From NCBI GenBank assembly GCA_002433895.1, contig DJJA01000003.1:575745-639744 (forward strand): a DNA stretch of 64,000 nucleotides. Direction: 5' to 3'. Positions 36,735 through 46,731 of the stretch are shown one piece after another. Position 1 is the first letter of the stretch. Every line of letters begins with the position of its first letter. A program made the position numbers and the translations under genes. The DNA comes from Candidatus Gottesmanbacteria bacterium UBA6580 (GTDB lineage Bacteria > Patescibacteriota > Microgenomatia > UBA10105 > UBA927). The notes below the pieces were generated by a model. It had not been told where the DNA came from. It saw only the letters and a program-made list of their open reading frames with translations, and did no database searches.

Positions 36735-37454
36735 ATGAAATACATAATTTCCATACTTCTTGTCGTTGTGGGATTTTTCGTAACAATTCTTGCCCTCTTA
36801 GGCGTTGTGCCGGGACTTTCAGCACTCATCGGCGCTAGCCCGAAAGATTTGGGGATTCGTTACACTCAAGAGGATTCTATCGCAGCAAGGCAAAAGAGCG
36901 GAGGAACAGAAATTATTTCACTACCGAGTGGTTCGACTGCTGCAGATGATTTCCGGTTGGAAGGAAAAAAACCCATCCGATTTACTATGGATAGCACCGA
37001 GCTCACCGCTCATTCCAATAACCGTCCGTGGAAAAATTATCCGGTGCACAATATTCAGATTAAAATACATAAAGACGGATCAATCGAAAGTTCCGCCACA
37101 CTTATTATCGAAAAAGCGATCCCGTATGCAATGGCACTCGGGTATTCCGAACAGCAAATTCGCGAGGCAATGAGCAAATATGCCTTACCGCCATTTGCCG
37201 TTCCGATTTATGTATTAGGTAAAGGTTCGGTTCATAATAATTCGGTAAGTGTGGATGCGAGTACCGTGCGTATCGGCGCTATACCGATTCCCGGAGATAT
37301 TGTTACTCAAGTAAACCGACAGGCCGAATCCGTGCTCAATGACGTCATAAAAAAACATGCTGACGCATTCCAAGCTGATGATGTTTCCTTTGCCGACGGG
37401 GTGATGACCTTTTCCGGCGCGGTCCCTGAACGGGAATATGTGATCACGGAATAG
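36735..37454 (+). CDS. Hypothetical signal-anchored protein
   Basis: N-terminal TM helix and 239 aa length. No recognised domain. Confidence 0.45.
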   Translation: MKYIISILLVVVGFFVTILALLGVVPGLSALIGASPKDLGIRYTQEDSIAARQKSGGTEIISLPSGSTAADDFRLEGKKPIRFTMDSTELTAHSNNRPWKNYPVHNIQIKIHKDGSIESSATLIIEKAIPYAMALGYSEQQIREAMSKYALPPFAVPIYVLGKGSVHNNSVSVDASTVRIGAIPIPGDIVTQVNRQAESVLNDVIKKHADAFQADDVSFADGVMTFSGAVPEREYVITE

Positions 37455-37482
37455 ACATATTTTTCTGTTATACTCTCACAGT

Positions 37483-38712
37483 ATGGGGCAAGTTATTAAC
37501 CGTCTCAGATCGCTTCCGTTTCCGCTGCGACTAATTATCACCTGTGTGGTGGGTCTGATGGTATATTTTATCATCGGGCGGTTTCGTGACGCGCGGGCAG
37601 AGGAGAGTTATCGCGTCGGCAAGGGAGAAGTTATTGAGTCGATCGTCATAAGCGGGAACGCAAACGCCGCAGACAACGCAAAAGTTTTTTCTCCCACAAC
37701 GGGTATTGTTGAAGAATTGTATGTTAAGAACGGTGATTCGGTGACCGCAGGAACAGAGCTTCTTAAGGTGAAAAGTACGGCAATGGAAAATGAAAAAGCG
37801 GCGATGTTGGCACAATATCAAACCGCCGTTGCTAGTCTCAATACTGCACGGCAAACGAAAATAACTTCCCAATCAAGTTTGGAATCCGCAAGAACACTTG
37901 TTATCAATACCTCTCTTGCCAAACAACAGATGGATGAACGGCGTAATGAGGGTGGGGTCAATCCTTCTACGGGAGAAGCGTATAAACAGGATGAAATTGA
38001 CGGTATTATTTCCGCGTATGAAAGCGCAAAAATTGCGTTTGCCGCCGCCGAAAAGAAATACCTCGATGCCGACGCATCTATTGCGGCCGCACAAAGCACC
38101 CTGAATGCCGCGCTCCTTGAATATCAGGCGTCGTTAAACGGTGTTATCAAAGCGCCCATTGCGGGTGTGGTCGCGAATCTTGCGGTAGATACGGGGGATT
38201 ATGTCCGTGCAAAATTTACTAACCCCACTAGTGCCTCGGAGGGAGAACCAGTGCTTCGAATTCTTGCCGATGGTGCAGTGACCATTATGGTGAAACTCAA
38301 CGAAATCGATATAGCAAAAGTTGCTACGGGACAACACGCAAGCGTACGTTTTGACGCATTTCCCGAAAAAGAGTTCCCCGCGAGCGTCGTGCGGGTAGAT
38401 ACCGTAGGCGAGAACGAAAATGCCGTCGTAACCTACAAAGCATATGTGGCGCTTGGCGAAGCCGATGACGATCGTGTGCGTCCGAGCATGACGGCAACCG
38501 TGGTCATAGAAACCGATCGTTTGCGCGATGTGCTGGTTGTCCCCAATAGCGCGCTCACCCGAACGGAACAGGGCAAGGTCGCCGTCCGCCGCGTGCAGGG
38601 GAATGGTGCGGTGACGGTCCCCGTAACCGTCGGCAAGAAAAACGGCTCGATCACGCAAATACTCGACGGGGTCAATGAAGGGGATATGATTCTTATTCCG
38701 TCCGCCGAATAA
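37483..38712 (+). CDS. HlyD/MacA-family periplasmic adaptor (membrane fusion protein)
   Basis: N-terminal TM helix, lipoyl-like 'GIVEELYVKNGDSVTAGTELLKV', a long coiled-coil region, and 'IKAPIAGVVANLAVDTGDYV' beta-barrel motif. Confidence 0.75.
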   Translation: MGQVINRLRSLPFPLRLIITCVVGLMVYFIIGRFRDARAEESYRVGKGEVIESIVISGNANAADNAKVFSPTTGIVEELYVKNGDSVTAGTELLKVKSTAMENEKAAMLAQYQTAVASLNTARQTKITSQSSLESARTLVINTSLAKQQMDERRNEGGVNPSTGEAYKQDEIDGIISAYESAKIAFAAAEKKYLDADASIAAAQSTLNAALLEYQASLNGVIKAPIAGVVANLAVDTGDYVRAKFTNPTSASEGEPVLRILADGAVTIMVKLNEIDIAKVATGQHASVRFDAFPEKEFPASVVRVDTVGENENAVVTYKAYVALGEADDDRVRPSMTATVVIETDRLRDVLVVPNSALTRTEQGKVAVRRVQGNGAVTVPVTVGKKNGSITQILDGVNEGDMILIPSAE

Positions 38713-38721
38713 TCTCAAGGT

Positions 38722-39990
38722 ATGAAAAACAAGCTTGACACGTATTCCCTTGCGTTGTCCGTCGGTTATTTCCTTGCCGTTCGGGATATCAGGCGCGCGA
38801 GTATTTGGACTACGTTACTCATCACGTTTGTCATGATGCTCACCTTCCTCAACCTTGTAGTTGTTCGGGGTATTCTGGTCGGTCTTACCGAGGGTTCGGT
38901 ACGATCCTATCGGGAACGCTATACGGGAGATGTGTTGCTTGGTACGTTGGACAAAAAACAATACATAGAAGACAGTCATTTGCCGCGTGAAATAGCGGAA
39001 CAACTTCCTCAGGTGCGTGCCGTAAGTGCACGGTATGTCGTACCGGGAACCATTGAAGCTGACTACAAAACGGTCGTTCGCCGGGATGAGGGAGCGGATA
39101 AAGCAAATGCCGTTATGGTGGGCATAGACCCGGGACGTGAGGACGCATTGACGAATTTGTCACGACAGGTGGTAAGCGGCAGATATCTCACCTCGGATGA
39201 TCACGACGCGGTATTAGTGGGCGTGTCGCTTCTTACGAAATATCAATCTGCAGCGGGGACCGGGACAGCGTCCTTGAAAACGGCGGACGTGGGAACCCAA
39301 ATTCGGCTCACCGTGAATGGGATAGTCAAAGAAGTCACCATTGTCGGCGTAGTGAAAGCAAAAGTGACAAATGTAGATAGTCGTGTTTTTATGCTCGATC
39401 GCGAACTGCGTCTTTTGATGGGTAGAGATGATTTTAATGTAAATGAAATCGCTATCCGGGCAAACGGAAAAAGTTCCGAAAAAGAGATTGCGGCAATACT
39501 TTTGGGAAACGGGATTGATGCGCAGGCGAAAGTGCAGACATGGCAGGAAGCGCAACCGCAATTTATACGGGACATTTCCGCAACATTCGCACTGCTGGGG
39601 GATTTGATTGGCAGTATCGGACTCGCCGTAGCATCCATCACCATATTTATCGTGATATTCGTTAATGCCATAACGCGCCGAAAGTTTATCGGTATTCTCA
39701 AAGGAATCGGGGTCAATTCACTTGCGATCCAATGTTCCTACGTGTTTCAATCAATATTTTATGCGCTTTCGGGATCACTGCTGGGTCTTGTTGTAGTGTA
39801 TGGACTTATGGTGCCGTATTTTGCGGATAATCCCATAAACTTTCCGTTTTCGGACGGCATATTCGTGGCTGACGTTCCGGGGGTATTACTTCGCGTCGTC
39901 GTACTATTCTTTGCGACTATCGCCGCGGGATACATACCCGCACGCATTGTCGTAAAACAAAATACGCTCGACGCAATATTAGGAAGATAA
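38722..39990 (+). CDS. ABC transporter permease, FtsX/MacB-like
   Basis: One N-terminal TM helix, a large periplasmic domain, then three C-terminal TM helices (FtsX fold). It is flanked by the adaptor and an ATPase. Confidence 0.7.
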   Translation: MKNKLDTYSLALSVGYFLAVRDIRRASIWTTLLITFVMMLTFLNLVVVRGILVGLTEGSVRSYRERYTGDVLLGTLDKKQYIEDSHLPREIAEQLPQVRAVSARYVVPGTIEADYKTVVRRDEGADKANAVMVGIDPGREDALTNLSRQVVSGRYLTSDDHDAVLVGVSLLTKYQSAAGTGTASLKTADVGTQIRLTVNGIVKEVTIVGVVKAKVTNVDSRVFMLDRELRLLMGRDDFNVNEIAIRANGKSSEKEIAAILLGNGIDAQAKVQTWQEAQPQFIRDISATFALLGDLIGSIGLAVASITIFIVIFVNAITRRKFIGILKGIGVNSLAIQCSYVFQSIFYALSGSLLGLVVVYGLMVPYFADNPINFPFSDGIFVADVPGVLLRVVVLFFATIAAGYIPARIVVKQNTLDAILGR

Positions 39991-39992
39991 TT

Positions 39993-40685
39993 ATGATTCA
40001 GGCAATACATCTCATAAAGCAATACAAAGCCGGGACGGGGAGTATCACGGTTTTAAACGACATATCATTGTCAGTATCGCGCGGGGAATTTCTCGCGATT
40101 ACGGGAAGATCGGGTTCGGGCAAAAGTACGCTGCTCTATCAGCTGAGTCTGCTGGATACGCCCACGAGCGGTAAAGTGGTTCTTGATAACCAGGACACCA
40201 CAGGATTTACCGACGATCAGCGCGTCAATTACCGGCTACGTGAACTCGGGTATGTTTTTCAGGATTATGCGCTTATTCCTTCGCTTACCGCCGCAGAAAA
40301 TATCATGGCGCCGCTTTTGATGTTGGGACGCTCATCTTCCGAGGCGTATGTGATCGCCTCTGAGGTGTTAGCTGAAGTGGGGCTTGCTGATAAACGAGAT
40401 AATTTGCCGAGTCAACTATCGGGCGGGCAACAACAACGGGTGAGTATCGCTCGGGCCATAGCCCATAAACCGAAAATAATTTTTGCGGATGAACCGACCG
40501 CGAATTTGGACAGTGAAACATCGGAGCAGGTGCTTCAGACTTTTCTGCGGATTCATAAGCAGGGACAAACGATCGTTATGGTGACGCATGAAGAAGAATA
40601 TACGCACCTGACGGATCGCGTCATTACGCTTTCTGACGGGCAAATTATTAAAACTAAAAAATCCCGATCTCCGCGAGGAAAGTAG
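39993..40685 (+). CDS. ABC transporter ATP-binding protein (MacB/LolD-like)
   Basis: Walker A 'GRSGSGKST', signature '[14 protein letters not shown]' and Walker B 'IIFADEPT'. Confidence 0.85.
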   Translation: MIQAIHLIKQYKAGTGSITVLNDISLSVSRGEFLAITGRSGSGKSTLLYQLSLLDTPTSGKVVLDNQDTTGFTDDQRVNYRLRELGYVFQDYALIPSLTAAENIMAPLLMLGRSSSEAYVIASEVLAEVGLADKRDNLPSQLSGGQQQRVSIARAIAHKPKIIFADEPTANLDSETSEQVLQTFLRIHKQGQTIVMVTHEEEYTHLTDRVITLSDGQIIKTKKSRSPRGK

Positions 40686-40717
40686 CGGAACATGGTGTTT
40701 ATTCTTTCTCCGACCGC

Positions 40718-41002
40718 TTGTTTCGTGGCGTTGATTTTGTTATACTTGCCCATGGAAATGCGTTTGATCCCGGCTATCACCGGGAAAGGCAGGGAAAAGA
40801 AACCCGCATTGGCGGGATGTAGACTTCCCCGGGTACGCCCGTAATAGCAAAAAGAAGGGTAAATAGAAAGAGCGTAACGAGTAAATAGAAGTATTTTCTA
40901 TTTTCTGTTAACTTTTGACTATTTACTAAATTAAGGTGGTACCACGATCGGCACGAAGCTGACTCGTCCTTTATAGTAATATAGATAAGGACGGGTTTTT
41001 TT
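40718..41002 (+). promoter_or_regulatory. Isoleucine-specific T-box riboswitch leader (transcription attenuator) upstream of ileS, with an ultrashort Stem I
   Basis: Promoter TTGTTT-N17-TATACT at 40718-40746. Hairpin CCCGG-CTATCA-CCGGG at 40769-40784 carries the Ile codon ATC (40776-40778) plus A in its loop. T-box sequence AAATTAAGGTGGTACCACG at 40928-40946 includes the bulge UGGUACC (UGGU pairs tRNA-Ile ACCA). Antiterminator helices are AAGG/CCTT and ACGA/TCGT. The terminator is CGTCCTT...AAGGACG at 40965-40993 followed by T7 at 40996-41002, and it overlaps the antiterminator 3' strand. Confidence 0.65.
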
Positions 41003-41066
41003 GTGGCAGTTGACGGATTTGCCGTGTTACTGCCACATATGGCGAGAACTGAAAAGAAGTACCATT

Positions 41067-43904
41067 ATGGCAAAATTACAACAGGATAATTTTCAAGAAA
41101 AGCTTGATGTTCCCAAAAGTGAGCACGAAGTCCTGGCATTTTGGGATGAGACGAATGCGTTTGAGCGCTCAGTAAGCGAACGGCCTGCTGATAAGCAGTA
41201 CGTTTTTTATGATGGCCCGCCGTTTGCCACCGGACTGCCGCACTATGGCCATATTTTGGCTTCTACCATAAAAGATGTTATTCCCCGGTATTGGACCATG
41301 AAAGGCTATCGGGTAAGCCGCGTATGGGGGTGGGATTGTCACGGGATACCAATAGAAAACATGGTGGAAAAAGAGCTGGGACTCGTCGGCGGGAAAAAAG
41401 GCATCGAAGCCATGGGGATAGGAAAGTTTAACGACGCGTGCCGGGCGGCGATATTCCGTTTTGATAAAGAATGGGAAAAAGTGATCCACCGGATCGGACG
41501 ATGGGTTGATTTTAAGCACTCGTATAAGACCATGGATGCGACGTATATGGAGTCCGTCTGGTGGGCGTTTAAACAGCTGTACGACAAGGGACTTATATAC
41601 GAAGGGCGCAAGGTAATTTTGTACTGCCCGAGGTGCGCGACCCCACTTTCCAACTTTGAGATTGCCATGGATAACAGCTACAAGGACATGAATGGTCCGA
41701 GTACGATTTATAAATACAAAGTAACAAACGAGCCGGACACCTTTTTACTCGCCTGGTCGACGACGCCCTGGAATAAGCTCGCTACCCCGGCGCTTGCGGT
41801 AAACCCGACCATGAAATACGTGAAGGTTAAACAAAAAGGCGAGCAGTATATCCTCGCCAAAAGCACGGTTGGCATGCTCGACAACGAGCCGTACGAGGTG
41901 GTCGGGGAGTATATCGGTACTGATTTGGAAAAACTCACATTTGAGCTTCATTATGATTTTTATCCCCGGCGTGACGGAGAGCGCGCGGGTGTCGTGGTTG
42001 CAGACGAGTATGTCGCTGACGCCGAAGGCACAGGCATCGTGACACTGGCCGTATACGGGGAAGATGACTACCGGGTGATGACGAAGCATCATATCCAGCC
42101 CGTGGAGCATGTGGATAGCGAAGGAAAGCTCAAGCCGGAAGTCACTCCCTGGGCAGGGATGTTTATGCTCAAAGTAAATCCACTCGTCAATGAAGACCTG
42201 CAAAAACGTGGATTAGTGTACCGCAATGAGGACCGGCTCCACAGTGTCCCCGTGTGTTACCGCTGTGAAACACGGCTATATCACGCGCCGGTGCCGGCGT
42301 GGTTTATCAATGTTGCCAAGATTAAAAATGATCTGATTACGCAAAATGAACACATCAATTGGTATCCGGATCACCTGAAGCATGGACGTTTCGGGAAGGG
42401 ACTTGAGACTGCTCCTGATTGGAATATTTCCCGTTCCCGTTATTGGGGGACGCCAATGCCAATCTGGGTAGACACAAAAACCGCGAAAATGCGCATTGTC
42501 GGATCACTCGAAGAACTCCGTACGTGGGCAGTAGATCAGGATAGCGCTCGCAAACTTACCGATATCCATCGTGAGTTTTTGGATGACCTGGAAGTATGGG
42601 TAGATGATGAAAAAACGGTGAAAGGGAAGCGGATCCCGGAAGTATTTGATTGTTGGGTAGAGAGCGGGAGCATGCCGTATGCCTCCATTCACTATCCGTT
42701 TGAGCATAAAAAAGAATTTGAGCAGTCGCACCCGGCGCAGTTTATTGCTGAATACATAGCGCAAACACGCGCGTGGTTTTATACCCTGCACGTGATGTCC
42801 GTAGGATTATTTGGTACCCACACATTTGAAAACGCGGTGACTACCGGCACAATTCTTGCAGAAGATGGCGCCAAAATGAGCAAGAGCAAGAAAAATTATC
42901 CGGATCCCACGCTGCTTTTTGAAAAATACGGTGTTGACGCGCTGCGGTTTTACCTCATGGGATCGGTCGTGATGAAGGCGGAAAATGTGAACTTTTCTGA
43001 AGAAGGCGTGAAAGAGATATACCAAAAAGTGGTATCGACTACGTGGAACGTATTTAGCTTTTATAAATTATATGTAAAAGGTGCGCCACCCGCCACTGCT
43101 CCGAAGCCAACGCATGTCATGGATAAATGGATATTGAGCAAGCTCAATACGCTTATCATCGATGTGACCGGGGCAATGGACGGCTACGATACGACGCATA
43201 CCTGCCGGTTGCTGGTTTCGTTTATCACCGACCTCTCTACGTGGTACCTCCGGAGAAGCCGTGACCGGATACAAGCCGATGAGACAGGACAACAGGTGTT
43301 TGGTTGGGTGCTATCCTGCCTTATCCGTCTTATGGCACCGATCACTCCGTTTATTACTGAGCGTATGTATCAAAATATGGAAACGACGGGCAACTCAATC
43401 CATCTCGCCGAGTGGCCGGTTGCCGATGAAAGCCTCATCGATACCACGCTGGATACCCATATGGCATTTGTGAGAACTGTCGCGGAGCTTGGGAATGCGA
43501 AACGTAAAGAGCTGGGTATACCGGTGCGCCAGCCGCTTAATAAAATAACGGTTGCTACCGCAAATAACGCGCCGTCTGACGAATGGCTATCGGTTGCTCT
43601 CGAGGAACTGAACATAAAAACTTGTGTGGTGGTCAAAACAGACAAAGAAACATCAGTAGAACTCGATACTACGATCACCCCGGAGCTTCAGGCAGAGGGT
43701 GACGCGCGTAAGCTCATCCGTGAAATCCAAGTGCTCCGGAAAGAAAAGGGTTGTAAGATAGATGAATACGTGTCGCTCGTGTTACCGGAAAGTTACAAAT
43801 CACTTGAAACTTTGCTGCCTCAGATAAAACAAGCTACACTGGCAAGTACAATCACATGGGGCGATCAACTTTCCATCGATACACACAAGACGGGCACCAA
43901 GTAG
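41067..43904 (+). CDS. ileS: Isoleucine--tRNA ligase
   Basis: 'PPFATGLPHYGHIL' HIGH motif, 'KMSKSKKN' KMSKS motif, and 945 aa length. Confidence 0.9.
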   Translation: MAKLQQDNFQEKLDVPKSEHEVLAFWDETNAFERSVSERPADKQYVFYDGPPFATGLPHYGHILASTIKDVIPRYWTMKGYRVSRVWGWDCHGIPIENMVEKELGLVGGKKGIEAMGIGKFNDACRAAIFRFDKEWEKVIHRIGRWVDFKHSYKTMDATYMESVWWAFKQLYDKGLIYEGRKVILYCPRCATPLSNFEIAMDNSYKDMNGPSTIYKYKVTNEPDTFLLAWSTTPWNKLATPALAVNPTMKYVKVKQKGEQYILAKSTVGMLDNEPYEVVGEYIGTDLEKLTFELHYDFYPRRDGERAGVVVADEYVADAEGTGIVTLAVYGEDDYRVMTKHHIQPVEHVDSEGKLKPEVTPWAGMFMLKVNPLVNEDLQKRGLVYRNEDRLHSVPVCYRCETRLYHAPVPAWFINVAKIKNDLITQNEHINWYPDHLKHGRFGKGLETAPDWNISRSRYWGTPMPIWVDTKTAKMRIVGSLEELRTWAVDQDSARKLTDIHREFLDDLEVWVDDEKTVKGKRIPEVFDCWVESGSMPYASIHYPFEHKKEFEQSHPAQFIAEYIAQTRAWFYTLHVMSVGLFGTHTFENAVTTGTILAEDGAKMSKSKKNYPDPTLLFEKYGVDALRFYLMGSVVMKAENVNFSEEGVKEIYQKVVSTTWNVFSFYKLYVKGAPPATAPKPTHVMDKWILSKLNTLIIDVTGAMDGYDTTHTCRLLVSFITDLSTWYLRRSRDRIQADETGQQVFGWVLSCLIRLMAPITPFITERMYQNMETTGNSIHLAEWPVADESLIDTTLDTHMAFVRTVAELGNAKRKELGIPVRQPLNKITVATANNAPSDEWLSVALEELNIKTCVVVKTDKETSVELDTTITPELQAEGDARKLIREIQVLRKEKGCKIDEYVSLVLPESYKSLETLLPQIKQATLASTITWGDQLSIDTHKTGTK

Positions 43905-43909
43905 ATTGG

Positions 43910-44962
43910 GTGATACTCGTGACACTGTTGCTCTTGGGACTGGTGGGCTTATTTGTGTTGCTTACCACCAATACCGGACTGTTTTGGCAGCAGCTGTTTT
44001 TTCTCGTCATTGGCGCGTTTATTATTTGGGCGTTTTCGTCGCTTGACCCTATTATCCTCTGGTGGTTCGCGCCGTATGGCTATGTGTTATCGATTATGTT
44101 ACTTATGGCTTCCTATCTGGGGGACCCGATCAGAGGGTCGTCGCGCTGGATTGTGATCGGAAACGCGCAACTACAGCCATCGGAAATCGTAAAGCCGCTC
44201 GTGATCCTTGCGTTCGCAAGAGCGATCGTGACGTATTCACCCCGCTCCTGGCGGTGGTTGGTGACACACGGAGTGCTTTTTGTCATCCCATTCCTCCTCG
44301 TATTCCGCCAACCGGACTTGGGTACTTCTCTCGTGTATGCGTCATCGTGGCTCGCCATGATGGTAGCGGGAGGCTTCCCGCTCATTCTTTTTGTGCTCGG
44401 CGGGATTGTGGGGACGCTTGGTTTTCCGCTTTTTTGGCGGGCGTTGGCGGAATACCAGAAGGCACGGATTTACACGTTTTTAAACCCCGCAATCGACCCG
44501 CAGGGGGCAGGGTACAATGCCTTGCAGGCTATGATCGCGGTGGGGAGTGGCCAGTGGTTCGGTCGCGGGTTGGGCATGGGTACCCAGAGCCATTTACGGT
44601 TTTTGCCTGAATATCATACGGATTTTATATTCGCGACGCTGGTCGAGGAGCTGGGATTTGTGGGTGGCGCGGTGTTGTTATCACTTTATGGTGTGTTATT
44701 GTGGCAGCTGATACGGCCTTATATTCGGGGCAATATCGGTAATCCATTCGTATTTTTTTATACCATTGGCCTTTTTGGCATATTGCTCACGCAGGTAGTG
44801 ATTAATGCCGGCATGAATATGGGTATTATCCCGGTTACCGGCATTACGTTGCCCTTTGTTTCCTATGGTGGAAGCTCGATATTATCTCTTTGTATGGCGT
44901 TCGGACTGCTTCTCGCGCTCCGCCGAAAAGGCACTGGAGAAGGGAGCATTGCAATTGGATAG
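43910..44962 (+). CDS. rodA: SEDS-family peptidoglycan glycosyltransferase RodA-like (second SEDS copy in the window)
   Basis: Polytopic membrane protein with 'LPEYHTDFIFATLVEELGFVGG' SEDS motif. GTG 43910 chosen just after the ileS stop; the ORF track's ATG 43856 would overlap ileS by 49 bp. Confidence 0.65.
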   Translation: MILVTLLLLGLVGLFVLLTTNTGLFWQQLFFLVIGAFIIWAFSSLDPIILWWFAPYGYVLSIMLLMASYLGDPIRGSSRWIVIGNAQLQPSEIVKPLVILAFARAIVTYSPRSWRWLVTHGVLFVIPFLLVFRQPDLGTSLVYASSWLAMMVAGGFPLILFVLGGIVGTLGFPLFWRALAEYQKARIYTFLNPAIDPQGAGYNALQAMIAVGSGQWFGRGLGMGTQSHLRFLPEYHTDFIFATLVEELGFVGGAVLLSLYGVLLWQLIRPYIRGNIGNPFVFFYTIGLFGILLTQVVINAGMNMGIIPVTGITLPFVSYGGSSILSLCMAFGLLLALRRKGTGEGSIAIG

Positions 44963-44986
44963 CCCAAAGCTATATAATATGAACCT

Positions 44987-45301
44987 ATGTTCGCTATTGT
45001 AAGAGTCGGCAATAAACAGTTTAAAGTAGCTCCCAAAGACGTGATTACCGTCGATAACATGGCGGGTAATGTCGGGGACACGGTAGAACTTCCGGATGTA
45101 TTGCTCGTGCAGGGAGAAAAATCGGTAAGCGTTGGAAAACCCTTGGTGAAGGGTGCCAAAGTAACCGCGAAGATCATTGCACACAAAAAAGGTGAAAAAA
45201 TTGAAATCCGCAGATTTAAATCAAAAGTACGGTATCGCCGGGCACGCGGGTTCCGCGCACAGTTGACCAATCTTGAGATCGTGGGTATTACCCAGGCATG
45301 A
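44987..45301 (+). CDS. rplU: 50S ribosomal protein L21
   Basis: 'MFAIVRVGNKQFKV' bL21 N-terminus. TTGCAA-N18-TATAAT promoter lies 8 nt upstream of the ATG. Confidence 0.9.
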   Translation: MFAIVRVGNKQFKVAPKDVITVDNMAGNVGDTVELPDVLLVQGEKSVSVGKPLVKGAKVTAKIIAHKKGEKIEIRRFKSKVRYRRARGFRAQLTNLEIVGITQA

Positions 45302-46446
45302 AACGAACCGCTTTTATTTTTGGAAGAACTCCACAACTTTCGTTTTTAGAACTTCAGTCTTTTTACCCAAAAGCTACCAGTCCGACCGAAGGTGTGGGTA
45401 TGGTGGAATCTGCAGTAGATGCTGACGCGGTAGTCCACATGTTGGGTGGCACGGTAAAAATTGTCGATGTGCAGTCAGAAGCGGCCGAGCTTAGTACGGA
45501 ATTGTTTTTTTCGGCACTATTGCCGTATGCCAAAAGCGGTCACATAACTTTTGGGATAAGCGCGTACGGCCGGGCGCACGTGTCAAATACACAGCTTGCT
45601 GTCCTCAAAAAAGAATTTACCCAGCGGGGCGTATCAGCCCGGTACATCGAAACCAAACGTCATGAAGCGCTTTCAAGCGTCGTTATCGCCAAGCAGGAAG
45701 TGGTGGAGCTTGTGGTAATCGGGCTACCGGGCACAAACCTCATCGGCGTGACGTTGGTCGTGCAGGACTTTGAGGACTGGAACAAGCGGGATTTTGGCCG
45801 GCCGGCTCCTGACGCGAAGGCGGGTATGTTGCCGCCCAAGGTAGCACGGATGATTGTAAATATCGCGCTCCCTCACGGGGTACCGGATCATCACCCGATG
45901 GTGCTTGACCCGTTTTGTGGCGTGGGAACCGTACTAGGAGAAGCGTTGCTCCGCGGTGCAAATGTAACCGGGAGTGATTTGTCAGAGGCCGCGGTCGCAA
46001 ATTCCAAAAAAAATCTGGAGTGGTTGCGCCGTGAATATCCGGTTGTAGCGCCGCTTTATATGAGTGTGATGGTGGCGGACGCGACACATGTAAGCGAGTT
46101 CCTTACGCCGCAAAGTGTCGATGCTATCGTGACCGAGCCATATATGGGTGAGACGGTCGAAGCGAAAGATATCGCAAAACTGACGCCCGAACGCGTCAAA
46201 AATATCCTGAAAGGATTAGAGAAACTGTATATCGGAGCGCTCAAAGAATGGGCAAATATTTTGAAGCCTCAGGCAAGAATTGTTATGGCGATGCCGGCAT
46301 ACGACACGGGGCGCGGAGTGTTGCGCGTGAAAAAAGTTGTTGACAGATGTGAAAGCCTCGGATATACTCTCCTCACTGAACCTATAGAGTACGGTCGGCC
46401 TAAAGCCATCGTACGAAGAGAATTTTATATCTTTCAAAAAGGTTAA
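45298..46446 (+). CDS. Class I SAM-dependent RNA methyltransferase with an N-terminal THUMP-like domain (Trm14/RlmL-like)
   Basis: 'PPKVARMIVNIA' and 'DPFCGVGTVLGEA' (motif I). It sits between rplU and rpmA. Confidence 0.55.
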   Translation: MKRTAFIFGRTPQLSFLELQSFYPKATSPTEGVGMVESAVDADAVVHMLGGTVKIVDVQSEAAELSTELFFSALLPYAKSGHITFGISAYGRAHVSNTQLAVLKKEFTQRGVSARYIETKRHEALSSVVIAKQEVVELVVIGLPGTNLIGVTLVVQDFEDWNKRDFGRPAPDAKAGMLPPKVARMIVNIALPHGVPDHHPMVLDPFCGVGTVLGEALLRGANVTGSDLSEAAVANSKKNLEWLRREYPVVAPLYMSVMVADATHVSEFLTPQSVDAIVTEPYMGETVEAKDIAKLTPERVKNILKGLEKLYIGALKEWANILKPQARIVMAMPAYDTGRGVLRVKKVVDRCESLGYTLLTEPIEYGRPKAIVRREFYIFQKG

Positions 46447-46470
46447 GAGTACATTCGTTCATTTGAAATT

Positions 46471-46728
46471 ATGGCACACGTAAAAGCAGGTGGAACAGCA
46501 AAAGGGAATAAAGACTCCGTTTCGAAGCGCTTAGGCGTGAAGGTCTATGGCGGTCAGCAGGCACTCGCTGGCAATGTCATCGTCCGGCAAAAAGGGACAA
46601 AATTCTATCCGGGAACTGGCACAGATATGGGGAAAGATTTCACCATATTTGCGACAGTCGCAGGAGTAGTAACTTTTATCACGAAACGTGGTAAGCGGTA
46701 CGTGTCGGTCTTGCCCACGCACGCATAA
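46471..46728 (+). CDS. rpmA: 50S ribosomal protein L27
   Basis: '[16 protein letters not shown]' bL27 N-terminus with no N-terminal propeptide. Confidence 0.9.
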   Translation: MAHVKAGGTAKGNKDSVSKRLGVKVYGGQQALAGNVIVRQKGTKFYPGTGTDMGKDFTIFATVAGVVTFITKRGKRYVSVLPTHA

Positions 46729-46731
46729 AAA

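Noticed and set aside
43856-43909. ATG 43856 start for the rodA-like gene
   Set aside because: It would overlap ileS by 49 bp and add a non-hydrophobic 18 aa extension. GTG 43910, just after the ileS stop and directly before TM1, was preferred, with low certainty.
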